This document shows, piece after piece, positions 16,655 to 24,851 of a stretch of 64,000 bases of DNA. The stretch is from a bacterium (GTDB lineage: Bacteria; Patescibacteriota; Minisyncoccia; Minisyncoccales; UBA10102). Location: NCBI GenBank assembly GCA_030647485.1, contig JAUSJT010000004.1, positions 45,088 through 109,087 of the forward strand. Direction: 5' to 3'. A program made the translations under genes and the position numbers. The stretch's first letter is position 1. Every line of letters starts with the position of its first letter. The notes beneath the pieces were generated by a model. That model saw nothing but the letters and a program-made list of their open reading frames with translations, was not told the DNA's origin and did no database searches.

Positions 16655-17893
16655 ATGATACTGCGACACACTTTCAAAACCGCTCTTGATGGGCTTGGAG
16701 CCCACCGATCCAGATCGCTTCTCACGATTCTGGGGATTGTTATTGGCATCACCGCCATTATTCTTGTTATGTCCGTGGGTCGTGGCGCCGAAGATCTCAT
16801 TCTGAATCAAATCCGCGGATTAGGATCGAGGACGATTATTATCGCTCCGGGCAGAGAACCTACGGGACCTTCCAGTTTTGCCGAAATCTCCACAGACTCC
16901 CTTAAACTTAAAGATGTGGAGGCGCTCAAAAACAAAGCCAACGTACAAGGGCTCAAAGAACTTACACCGGCAGTGATGCGGGTTTATACCGTGGCATTTG
17001 GAAACGAGTCTGTGCGGAAAAATGTACTTGGCGCATCAGAGCTCATTGCCAAAATTCTTGATATCTACCCCAAAGAAGGATCGTTTTTTACCGATGAAGA
17101 TATCCGCCAAAAATCGAGCGTCGCAATCATAGGTTCGGAAATCAAAGAAAAACTTTTTGGCGCCTCAGACGCCTTGGGAGAGAAAATAAAAATAAAGGAA
17201 AGATCATTTAGGGTTGTTGGTGTTCTGCCTCCCAAGGGGCAAGTCGCGCTTTTTAATGTCGATGACCTAGTGGTTGTTCCTTATACAACCGCCCAACAAT
17301 ATCTGATGGGAATTAACTATTTTAATATTATCCTCGCGCAATCGGAGAGTGAAGAATCTGTCTCGCGCGTAGTGCGGGATATTGAACTTACCTTGCGCGA
17401 AACGCACAACATTGACGATCCAGACAAAGACGATTTTCATATTACTACTCAAGCAGACGTCGCAGAGCGCGTGAGCGCTATCACCAATATCCTCACTATT
17501 CTTTTGGTGTCGGTTGCAGCCATCTCGCTTCTTGTAGGCGGCATCGGCATTATGAATATTATGCTTGTATCGGTTACCGAACGAACCCGTGAAATTGGCC
17601 TGCGAAAAGCCCTTGGTGCCACAGAAAAAGATATCTTGACTCAGTTTTTGATGGAAGCGGTAATTCTTACCGCTTTGGGCGGCATTGTGGGTATTCTTCT
17701 TGGCGTCGGATTTTCTTTTATTGCTTCCCTGGTATTATCAAAATTTTTCTTGCTCCAATGGGTATTTACGATACCGCTTTCGGCAGTGCTTTTGGGTTTG
17801 GGAGTATCTACTGCTATAGGATTGACCTTTGGCCTCTACCCCGCACGCCAAGCATCGCTTAAAAGTCCAATCGAGGCATTACGATATGAATAA
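16655..17893 (+). CDS. ABC transporter permease (MacB/FtsX family)
   Basis: N-terminal TM, large periplasmic domain, C-terminal FtsX 3-TM bundle with REIGLRKALGA. Confidence 0.88.
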   Translation: MILRHTFKTALDGLGAHRSRSLLTILGIVIGITAIILVMSVGRGAEDLILNQIRGLGSRTIIIAPGREPTGPSSFAEISTDSLKLKDVEALKNKANVQGLKELTPAVMRVYTVAFGNESVRKNVLGASELIAKILDIYPKEGSFFTDEDIRQKSSVAIIGSEIKEKLFGASDALGEKIKIKERSFRVVGVLPPKGQVALFNVDDLVVVPYTTAQQYLMGINYFNIILAQSESEESVSRVVRDIELTLRETHNIDDPDKDDFHITTQADVAERVSAITNILTILLVSVAAISLLVGGIGIMNIMLVSVTERTREIGLRKALGATEKDILTQFLMEAVILTALGGIVGILLGVGFSFIASLVLSKFFLLQWVFTIPLSAVLLGLGVSTAIGLTFGLYPARQASLKSPIEALRYE

Positions 17894-17905
17894 AAGAATC
17901 TTAGT

Positions 17906-17930
17906 CCTGTGCATATCCGATTTGCACGCC
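17906..17930. repeat. REP-like hairpin copy 3 (CCTGTGCATATCCGATTTGCACGCC)
   Basis: Same orientation and near-identical to copy 1 at 7694-7718. Confidence 0.55.
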
Positions 17931-18047
17931 AACATTTTGTGCTAAAATAGACCCGACCGAGAGGGGTCAATGAGACACCCTCAAAAGAGCCCCAATCCCT
18001 CTTAAATCCTTGGTTCTAGACCGAGGTACACAGGTAAGAAGTAAAGA

Positions 18048-18165
18048 TTAAGCATTAGCTAGCAATTCTTTCATTTGTTTTAAGACGCCTTCCGGGTATC
18101 CGAACGCTTCTTTCCAATCTAAAGTTCGAAAGTCGTTCGCTAAAGCGAGCCAGTTGACTGGTTTT
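18048..18165 (-). pseudogene. Diverged C-terminal remnant of the same gene family (…PVNWLALANDFRTLDWKEAFGYPEGVLKQMKELLANA*)
   Basis: Shares the FRTxxWK..AF...ELLA pattern with 13554-13688. Confidence 0.3.
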
Positions 18166-18188
18166 TGGAGAAAGCGTAGAATAGAGTC

Positions 18189-18383
18189 ATGAATACTCCA
18201 ACTATTGACGTAAAAGAATACGGCGGCAAGCAGGTTGCCGTTGTTGGGGGGAAAGTTGTGGCTTCTGGGCGTACGCTCAAGGAGGTTCTTGCCTTGGCCA
18301 GGAAGCTGCAGCCCTCAACCCCATTACATGAGATTAAGGTATTCTCTGTGCCCAAGAGTCTTGCTGTGATTTACTATGTCTAA
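18189..18383 (+). CDS. DUF5678-like small protein
   Basis: 64 aa; YGGKQVAVVGGKVVASGRTLKEVLALARK pattern; 8-nt overlap with the protease gene. Confidence 0.6.
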   Translation: MNTPTIDVKEYGGKQVAVVGGKVVASGRTLKEVLALARKLQPSTPLHEIKVFSVPKSLAVIYYV

Positions 18384-18843
18384 TGGCTATGTATTTCCGT
18401 ACGGTATTACCCTGAGCGAGGGAGGGAAGATTACTACATTTCCTGTTGCTGAAGTTGGCTTTACCACAAGAGAGGGTGAACGAATAACCCTCTTTTTGCT
18501 TATAGATTCTGGAGCTACTATCTCTGCTCTTCCCAAAACTGACGCCGAAGCGCTTGGGATTGTAGCTGAAAATGGTGTACCCGTTCTAATAGTTGGTATT
18601 GACGGAAAATCAATCCAGGGGTGGCGGCATGAAATATCCACTACCTTGCAGAATGAGCAATATAATCTGCCATTCGTGTTTTTGAATAACGAGGAGGCTC
18701 CCCGTATTTTGGGAAGAGAGGGTACTTTTGACCGTTTTACTGTTATCTTCCAAGAAGATAGGCAAAGAAGTGCCCTTGTGAAAACCCAGGCTGAAGAATC
18801 AAGCGCTATTGGCAAAACGATTGATACATTGGCTTCGCAATAG
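18376..18843 (+). CDS. Retropepsin-like (single-lobe) aspartic protease
   Basis: LLIDSGATISALP catalytic DSG motif, ILGREG near C-terminal flap region. Confidence 0.7.
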   Translation: MSNGYVFPYGITLSEGGKITTFPVAEVGFTTREGERITLFLLIDSGATISALPKTDAEALGIVAENGVPVLIVGIDGKSIQGWRHEISTTLQNEQYNLPFVFLNNEEAPRILGREGTFDRFTVIFQEDRQRSALVKTQAEESSAIGKTIDTLASQ

Positions 18844-18945
18844 AGAAGAAGTCTTGAACTCTTCCCGTATCTGTTTCCAGTTAAATGTTCTAAATACGTC
18901 CAACAGGGGGAGCAGACAAATCTTGTGAATCCGACCCGTCCCCAT
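18799..18945 (-). pseudogene. 48-codon remnant MGTGRIHKICLLPLLDVFRTFNWKQIREEF..., overlaps 3' end of the protease gene
   Basis: Contains 33-nt core 18911-18943 identical to 13654-13686. Confidence 0.3.
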
Positions 18946-19029
18946 CCGAGACAGGCCTAGAATCTCCCCTTAAAAGATGGTTCTGGATTCGCTTGGGGAG
19001 CCAGATTTGCTTTCTTCGAGAAGAGTGGT

Positions 19030-19230
19030 ATGCTTAATCATATGGCAACTATTACTTCTGATAAAAAGCTACGCTCTCTGATAAAAGAGAGTGTTCGAGA
19101 AGTACTGGGAACGGAGCTGATGAAGCTTCGAGCTTTGGCCTTGCCCGAGATTGCTATGAGAGAACAGAGAGATATAGAAAGGCGGTACGGTAAACCTTCT
19201 CGAAAGAGCGTCAAAAGCTACTCTCTATGA
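19030..19230 (+). CDS. Putative type II antitoxin (small helical protein)
   Basis: 66 aa directly upstream of and overlapping (ATGA) a RelE-like reading frame. Confidence 0.5.
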   Translation: MLNHMATITSDKKLRSLIKESVREVLGTELMKLRALALPEIAMREQRDIERRYGKPSRKSVKSYSL

Positions 19231-19500
19231 GTTGGAGCATCAATACCTCAAGAAGTTCAGAGAAATTTCTCGCAAAGAATGAGCTTACAGTTGACTGACG
19301 AAGTAAAAGAGCTTATCGAGAAGACTATCCGATATTTTCAAGGAGGGAACACTAATCTAGATCTCAAGAAGTTAAAAGGAGAGTGGGAAGGATTCTATCG
19401 TATTCGTAGTGGAAGAATACGTATTATTGCCGAGTTTAACTTTGAGAGCTCGGTTGCTTTTATTGAGGAAATCGACTGGAGAGGTAATGTTTATAAATAG
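19227..19500 (+). pseudogene. RelE/ParE-family toxin, apparently frameshifted
   Basis: ATG 19227 gives MSWSINTSRSSEKFLAKNELTVD* (stop 19296-19298); the rest (…LKKLKGEWEGFYRIRSGRIRIIAEF…IDWRGNVYK) continues in the +1 frame from 19279. Confidence 0.6.
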
Positions 19501-19524
19501 ACAGAACAAAACATCGCCATGAGG

Positions 19525-19568
19525 GCCCGCCTCGACTCGCCAGTCGATGGCGAGGCGGGCGGTTTTTT
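19525..19568 (+). terminator. Rho-independent terminator
   Basis: 10-bp GC stem GCCCGCCTCG/CGAGGCGGGC followed by GGTTTTTT. Confidence 0.8.
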
Positions 19569-19626
19569 GATATGATAAAAGTATGCGTAAACGATATACG
19601 TTGAAAGTCTTGACACAATATCATAC

Positions 19627-20007
19627 ATGATATATACTGGAATTATAGAAGAGTACAGAGTAAAGTTTTATACAGATAGAACAACGGGCAAAAGTCCGGT
19701 TCTTGATTACATTGAAGAGCTGAACGATAAAGAAAAGGCAAAAATAGCAAAGTACATTGAGTTTTTACGAATCAATAAAGGATATCTCGATGAGCCGCAC
19801 TCTCGGCATATTGCAGGGAAAATCAGGGAGTTGCGAGTTGATTTTAGTAAGAATAGGTATAGGGTGTTCTATTTTATATTTGTGAAGAAGACCATCATTT
19901 TACTTCATGCCTTTTTGAAGAGTACCGCAAAGACGCCGATTGGTGAAATCCAGAAGGCGCAAGAGAATTATCAAGAAGTCGTAAGAAATCCTAAAATCTA
20001 TGAGTAG
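19627..20007 (+). CDS. higB: HigB/Gp49-like (RelE superfamily) type II toxin
   Basis: 126 aa; IRELRVDFSKNRYRVFYFIF..IILLHAF pattern; toxin-first order with overlapping XRE antitoxin. Confidence 0.7.
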   Translation: MIYTGIIEEYRVKFYTDRTTGKSPVLDYIEELNDKEKAKIAKYIEFLRINKGYLDEPHSRHIAGKIRELRVDFSKNRYRVFYFIFVKKTIILLHAFLKSTAKTPIGEIQKAQENYQEVVRNPKIYE

Positions 20008-20293
20008 AAAAACATACAAAGCACTGGACTTTCAGAAGTATCTCAAAGAAGAACTAAAAGATCCAGTATTCCGCAAGCATTACGAAGAATATGGCAAGCA
20101 GCTTGAAATTGCTTACCAGATTTTGCAATTGCGCAAAAAGCAAGGTTTTTCCCAAACACAATTGGCAAAGAAACTAGGTACCAGTCAAGGTAATATAGCA
20201 AGGATGGAAACAGGTCAGCAGAATTTTACCACCGATACTCTCCAGAAAATTGCCTCTGTTTTTCAGCGCAAGCTCAAGATAGAGTTTGTGTAA
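20000..20293 (+). CDS. higA: XRE-family HTH antitoxin (HigA-like)
   Basis: FSQTQLAKKLGTSQGNIARMETGQQNFT HTH_3 motif; 8-nt overlap with toxin. Confidence 0.75.
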   Translation: MSRKTYKALDFQKYLKEELKDPVFRKHYEEYGKQLEIAYQILQLRKKQGFSQTQLAKKLGTSQGNIARMETGQQNFTTDTLQKIASVFQRKLKIEFV

Positions 20294-20514
20294 GAGTATT
20301 TTTCTTTGTCAGTTTTTCTGCTATACTAAGAACATAAGTAACTCATTGGTAAAATACATATATGGCAAAAAGAAGCACGGGGCTGGGCCAACATATAAAA
20401 TCACGTCATTCTCGCAAAACCAAGAAACGATTGGAAACAAAAAGATTGATGTTGGCAGCAAAGAAGAAGAAAAGAAGCAGGTAGCCTTAAACTTAGTGAG
20501 ACTAAGTTTCAAAG

Positions 20515-20548
20515 AATCGTCCTGAGCTTTATCGAAGGACGATTTTTT
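20515..20548 (+). terminator. Rho-independent terminator immediately upstream of thrC
   Basis: AATCGTCCT-N12-AGGACGATT followed by TTTTTT. Confidence 0.7.
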
Positions 20549-20562
20549 GATAGAGTACAATC

Positions 20563-21639
20563 ATGAATATGACTGGAAAGAAAATAGGAATCATAGAAAG
20601 GTATCAGAACTTTCTTCCTCCTGTAGATCCCACCTGCATTATTTCCTTGAACGAAGGGAATACGCCCCTGATCTTAGCTGAAGCATTGCCCAAATACCTT
20701 GGTTTGTCAGGTGTTAAAATCTACTATAAGTTTGAGGGATTAAACCCGACAGGTTCTTTTAAAGATCGCGGCATGACTATGGCTGTTTCAAAAGCGGTTG
20801 AGCAGAAAGCAACTTCGGTCATTTGCGCTTCTACAGGCAATACGTCAGCTTCCGCCGCCGCATATGCGTCGCGATGCGGATTACGGTGTTTTGTTCTTAT
20901 ACCCGAGGGGAAAATCGCAAAGGGAAAGCTTCTCCAGGCGTACCGATACGGAGCTAAAGTTATGATGGTGAAGGGAAATTTTGATCAAGCCTTGCAACTC
21001 GTAAAAGAAGTGGCAAGCGCAGAAAATATTGTTTTAGTCAACTCGGTAAATCCTTACAGAATTGAAGGACAAAAGACCGCTGCCTTTGAGGTGGTTGACG
21101 ATCTGGGAGATGCGCCAGACTATCATGCGCTTCCCGTGGGAAATGCTGGGAATATTACGGCGTATTGGAAAGGATATACAGAGTACAAAAAACATGGAAA
21201 GTCCTGGATGCTTCCTAAAATGATTGGCATTCAAGCTGCGGGAGCCGCCCCCTTGGTTATTGGAAAGCCGGTAGAAAACCCCGAAACCGAAGCCACTGCT
21301 ATCCGGATCGGGAATCCTGCGAGCTGGAAAGGAGCTATTGCAGCACGAGATGAATCCGGGGGATTGATAGATTCAGTCACGGACGAAGAAATCAGATTCG
21401 CTTATCGATTTATTGCAGAACGCGAAGGAGTGTTCGCGGAGCCTGCATCTGCCGCTGCGGTAGCCGGAGTTATGAAACTGGCAAAAACCGGATACTTCAA
21501 AGAAGGCTCACGAGTTGTCATTACTCTTACTGGCTCTGGCTTAAAAGATCCAGATTATGCGCTGAATTTTCAAGATGAGTTGACCGTCGTCAAAATAGAT
21601 GCAAGGGCATTGAGCAAGATTGTATCAGCTAAGACGTAG
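20563..21639 (+). CDS. thrC: Threonine synthase
   Basis: PLP lysine motif TGSFKDRGM, STGNTSASAAAYA, overall ThrC length. Confidence 0.9.
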   Translation: MNMTGKKIGIIERYQNFLPPVDPTCIISLNEGNTPLILAEALPKYLGLSGVKIYYKFEGLNPTGSFKDRGMTMAVSKAVEQKATSVICASTGNTSASAAAYASRCGLRCFVLIPEGKIAKGKLLQAYRYGAKVMMVKGNFDQALQLVKEVASAENIVLVNSVNPYRIEGQKTAAFEVVDDLGDAPDYHALPVGNAGNITAYWKGYTEYKKHGKSWMLPKMIGIQAAGAAPLVIGKPVENPETEATAIRIGNPASWKGAIAARDESGGLIDSVTDEEIRFAYRFIAEREGVFAEPASAAAVAGVMKLAKTGYFKEGSRVVITLTGSGLKDPDYALNFQDELTVVKIDARALSKIVSAKT

Positions 21640-21641
21640 TA

Positions 21642-22295
21642 ATGGCTCTAACTGTTTTATACGAAGATAACCATGTGATTGCGGTGCACAAACCAGCGGG
21701 GCTTCTTACGCAAGGCGACAAGAGTAAAGATCCTTGCCTCATGGACGAGGTGAAGGTGTATTTGAAGAAGAAATACAGAAAGCCCGGCAACGTATTCTTG
21801 GGCCTTGTGCATAGGCTAGACAGGCCAGTTTCAGGTATTGTGCTGTTTGCCAAAACAAGCAAGGGAGCCTCGCGTCTTTCAGAACAGTTCAGGAGCCACA
21901 CTATTGAAAAAATATATCATGCCTTGGTGATAGGGAAGCCAGATGCGGGAACTTTAACCCACTATCTTGTTAAAGACGAGGGTAGGCGAAAGACAGAAGT
22001 TCGAGGAGAAAGGGGACAGAGGGCAGAGTTGGAGTATGACGTTGTTGCGCCGTATGGGCCGTATACTCTTGTGAGGATACTTCTCAAGACCGGGAGGTTT
22101 CACCAAATACGAGCGCAGTTTTCTTTTGCGGGATTCCCGGTACTGGGAGACACGAAATACGGCGCGCCTTTTGCCTTGCCTGACAAGAGCATTGCCCTTT
22201 GCGCAACTTCCATTGCTTTTACATTACCTACACGAGACGAACGAAAAATAATCTCCATTCCAATCCCAAAAGGTTGGAATCAATACAAGGCGTAG
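21642..22295 (+). CDS. RluA-family RNA pseudouridine synthase
   Basis: Catalytic HRLDRPVSG, GRFHQIRAQ motif. Confidence 0.8.
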   Translation: MALTVLYEDNHVIAVHKPAGLLTQGDKSKDPCLMDEVKVYLKKKYRKPGNVFLGLVHRLDRPVSGIVLFAKTSKGASRLSEQFRSHTIEKIYHALVIGKPDAGTLTHYLVKDEGRRKTEVRGERGQRAELEYDVVAPYGPYTLVRILLKTGRFHQIRAQFSFAGFPVLGDTKYGAPFALPDKSIALCATSIAFTLPTRDERKIISIPIPKGWNQYKA

Positions 22296-22298
22296 TCG

Positions 22299-23066
22299 CT
22301 AGGCACCCTCCTTGAGGAAGGAGAGAGAAAGCCAGATGACGATAACGCCCAAAAAGAGAAGCGCGGTTTTTGTAAGGGCAACGCCTCGTCTTTTCTCATA
22401 ATGTATCTCTGGGATTAAGTCGGAAGCTGCAATGTAAATAAAGAATCCCGCGGTAGCTGCAAGGGCTATCGGTAGGTACGCTTCCAAGACATTTCCGAGA
22501 AAGTAAGTGATGAGAGCCCCCAAGAATGCAGCAGACGCGCTTAAAATATTTACCAGAATGATCTTTATTTTCGAGAGCCCTTTGTGAAGCATGAGTCCAA
22601 AGTCTGCAATCTCTGCGGGTATTTCATGCGCTGCAACCGCCAGAGTCGTCACTATGCCTAGTTGAATGTCTACTAAAAAAGTTGCGGCTATAACAATGCC
22701 GTCAACAAAATTATGAACAGTGTCTCCTATGATAATAAGGGGAATGGTTGATTGGCCTTCTTTCTCATGCTCATGGTATTCCTCGTGGTGATGAAACCAA
22801 TGAATGAATCTCTCTATAACAAAAAAGAGAAGCATCCCCATGAGTGCCCAAAAGAACACATTGGTTCCTGTCTTCTCTCCTGAATGAGCCGCTTCTGGAA
22901 GAAGGTCAAAGAATGCTGATGCCAAAAGAACTCCTGCGGCAAAAGAGGCTAAATAATGGGAAATCTTGAGGGCGAACCTTTCCCTGGAAAGGAGAATAAG
23001 TCCTCCGATAAGGGCCCCTACGCTTCCCAAAAAGGTAAAGAGTAAAATGTATGCTAGAGTTGGCAT
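22299..23066 (-). CDS. ZIP-family metal transporter (ZupT-like); alternative upstream ATG at 23102
   Basis: Multiple TM segments, His-rich loop HWFHHHEEYHEHEKE, AAHEIPAEIADFG motif. Confidence 0.8.
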   Translation of the reverse strand: MPTLAYILLFTFLGSVGALIGGLILLSRERFALKISHYLASFAAGVLLASAFFDLLPEAAHSGEKTGTNVFFWALMGMLLFFVIERFIHWFHHHEEYHEHEKEGQSTIPLIIIGDTVHNFVDGIVIAATFLVDIQLGIVTTLAVAAHEIPAEIADFGLMLHKGLSKIKIILVNILSASAAFLGALITYFLGNVLEAYLPIALAATAGFFIYIAASDLIPEIHYEKRRGVALTKTALLFLGVIVIWLSLSFLKEGA

Positions 23067-23158
23067 CTCTTTTAGTATAGAAGATTCTGATGCTTTGCAC
23101 AATTCAGGGGCTTGACAGCTGTATATACCACGTTATACAAAAGAATTACACCTTTACC

Positions 23159-23446
23159 ATGAAAAAAAATCTTAAGGTTCCAAAACTAAAGAATGAGGAT
23201 CGTGAGAGAGATTTTTGGGCAAAGATAAATCTTGCTGATTATTTTGAGTCTTCTGATTTTGAGAAAGCGTCTTTCCTAAACCTAAAGCCTGTTTCGTATG
23301 CCATCTCTATCCGCATCCCAAGCCACATCCTGATTCGATTAAAAGAGCATGCCAACGAGATCAATGTGCCATACCAATCTCTTATCAAGGAGTATATTGC
23401 AGAAGGCGTAGTGCGAGATCGATCTGATTCCGTATATAAAGCATAA
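23159..23446 (+). CDS. CopG/RHH BrnA-like antitoxin, no adjacent toxin
   Basis: EDRERDFWAK...ISIRIPSHILIRLKEHANEINVPYQSLIKEYI resembles the BrnA/COG3514 pattern; promoter TTGACA(23112-23117)-16-TATACA upstream. Confidence 0.55.
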   Translation: MKKNLKVPKLKNEDRERDFWAKINLADYFESSDFEKASFLNLKPVSYAISIRIPSHILIRLKEHANEINVPYQSLIKEYIAEGVVRDRSDSVYKA

Positions 23447-23490
23447 TTCTAAAATTTCAAAGTATAGCCTCGAGTTTTAGAGGCCAGAGT

Positions 23491-23519
23491 TTGACATTCA
23501 AGGATTTTTAGTGTACTAT
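23491..23519 (+). promoter_or_regulatory. Sigma-70-like promoter TTGACA-17-TACTAT
   Basis: TTGACA 23491-23496, TACTAT 23514-23519; argues against the ORF-track start at 23518. Confidence 0.55.
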
Positions 23520-23565
23520 GCTCGTATGCGACTTCTCAAAGAGGGCAGGTCGCGTATTTTTTTGC

Positions 23566-24849
23566 ATGATACAGCAAACAAAAACAGTGCAAGTTCGCAA
23601 TCCAGAACCCCAGAGGGGATTTTCTGGTTTAGGTATTGCGCCCAAGCTTCTTGAAGTATTGGTAAACTTAAAATTTCAGACCCCAACGCCTATTCAATCC
23701 AAGGCGATTCCGACTGCCATAGAAGGCAAAGACATTATCGGCATTGCGCAGACAGGCACTGGCAAGACCCTTGCCTTTGGCATACCGCTTATTCAGCGTC
23801 TCATGCAGACAGGGCAGGGCATGGGGCTGGTTATTGTGCCTACTCGAGAGCTTGCATTACAGGATAATGAGTCGTTGGAGAGTTTGGGGCGCGCGTTTCA
23901 CGTGAAAACCGCGGTATTGATAGGGGGCGTTGCTATGGGGTACCAGCTGCGCATGCTCCAGAGGCGTCCCAACATTATCATTGGAACTCCGGGACGCATC
24001 ATTGACCATTTGCGCCAAAGAACACTTGATCTCCGTTCGGTAAAGATTCTTATTCTGGATGAAGCAGACCGCATGCTGGATATGGGGTTTGCTCCGCAGG
24101 TGAATCAGATATTGGAAGCGGTTCCAAAAGACCGTCAGACCATGTTGTTTTCTGCAACCATGCCAGAGAACATTGTACGCATAGCAACGCGGCACATGAA
24201 GCTGCCCGTGCGCGTGGAAGTGGCGCAGTCTGGAACCGCGGCAGCGAGCGTGGAGCATGAACTGTTTGTGGTGAAGAAAGATCAGAAGACACGTTTGCTT
24301 GATAAGGTGCTTTCCGAGCACAAGGGAAGCGTGCTCTTGTTCTCTCGCACAAAGCACGGGGCAAAGAAAATATGTAGAGACATTAAAACCATGGGCCATA
24401 GCACAGCTGAAATTCATTCCAATAAATCGTTGGCGCAGCGAAGAGAGGCGTTGGAAGGTTTCAAGTTAGGGAAATACCGCGTGCTTGTTGCAACCGACAT
24501 TGCGTCACGGGGCATTGATGTGAAGGGAATTGAAGTGGTGATTAATTATGATCTTCCAGAGAACCCGGAGGATTATGTGCATCGCATAGGGCGTACCGGA
24601 AGAGCGGGGCTCACGGGACGCGCCATTTCCTTTGTGGTGCCAGAACAGCGCTACAAGATTAGAGAAATTGAACGGTTGACCAGATCTTCTTTTCCCATTA
24701 CTCCCTTACCAGAACTTCCTCCTGTTCGGCCTGGCGTGCATGTTATCGATGAAGATCGTCGACCTGTGTTTTCACGCAGGACCCAGACTCATGCTCGTCG
24801 AGCTTTCGGCGGGCAGAGAAGATTTACTAAACCTTCTTCTCGATATTAA
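23566..24849 (+). CDS. DEAD-box ATP-dependent RNA helicase
   Basis: Q-motif, AQTGTGKT, DEAD, SAT, HRIGRTGRAG. Confidence 0.92.
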   Translation: MIQQTKTVQVRNPEPQRGFSGLGIAPKLLEVLVNLKFQTPTPIQSKAIPTAIEGKDIIGIAQTGTGKTLAFGIPLIQRLMQTGQGMGLVIVPTRELALQDNESLESLGRAFHVKTAVLIGGVAMGYQLRMLQRRPNIIIGTPGRIIDHLRQRTLDLRSVKILILDEADRMLDMGFAPQVNQILEAVPKDRQTMLFSATMPENIVRIATRHMKLPVRVEVAQSGTAAASVEHELFVVKKDQKTRLLDKVLSEHKGSVLLFSRTKHGAKKICRDIKTMGHSTAEIHSNKSLAQRREALEGFKLGKYRVLVATDIASRGIDVKGIEVVINYDLPENPEDYVHRIGRTGRAGLTGRAISFVVPEQRYKIREIERLTRSSFPITPLPELPPVRPGVHVIDEDRRPVFSRRTQTHARRAFGGQRRFTKPSSRY

Positions 24850-24851
24850 CC

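Noticed and set aside
20362-20484. 40-codon very basic ORF as a possible ribosomal protein gene (L34/L36/S21-like)
   Set aside because: The sequence matches none of the small ribosomal protein signatures I know, and it has no SD. It is reported only as a low-interest observation, not as a feature.
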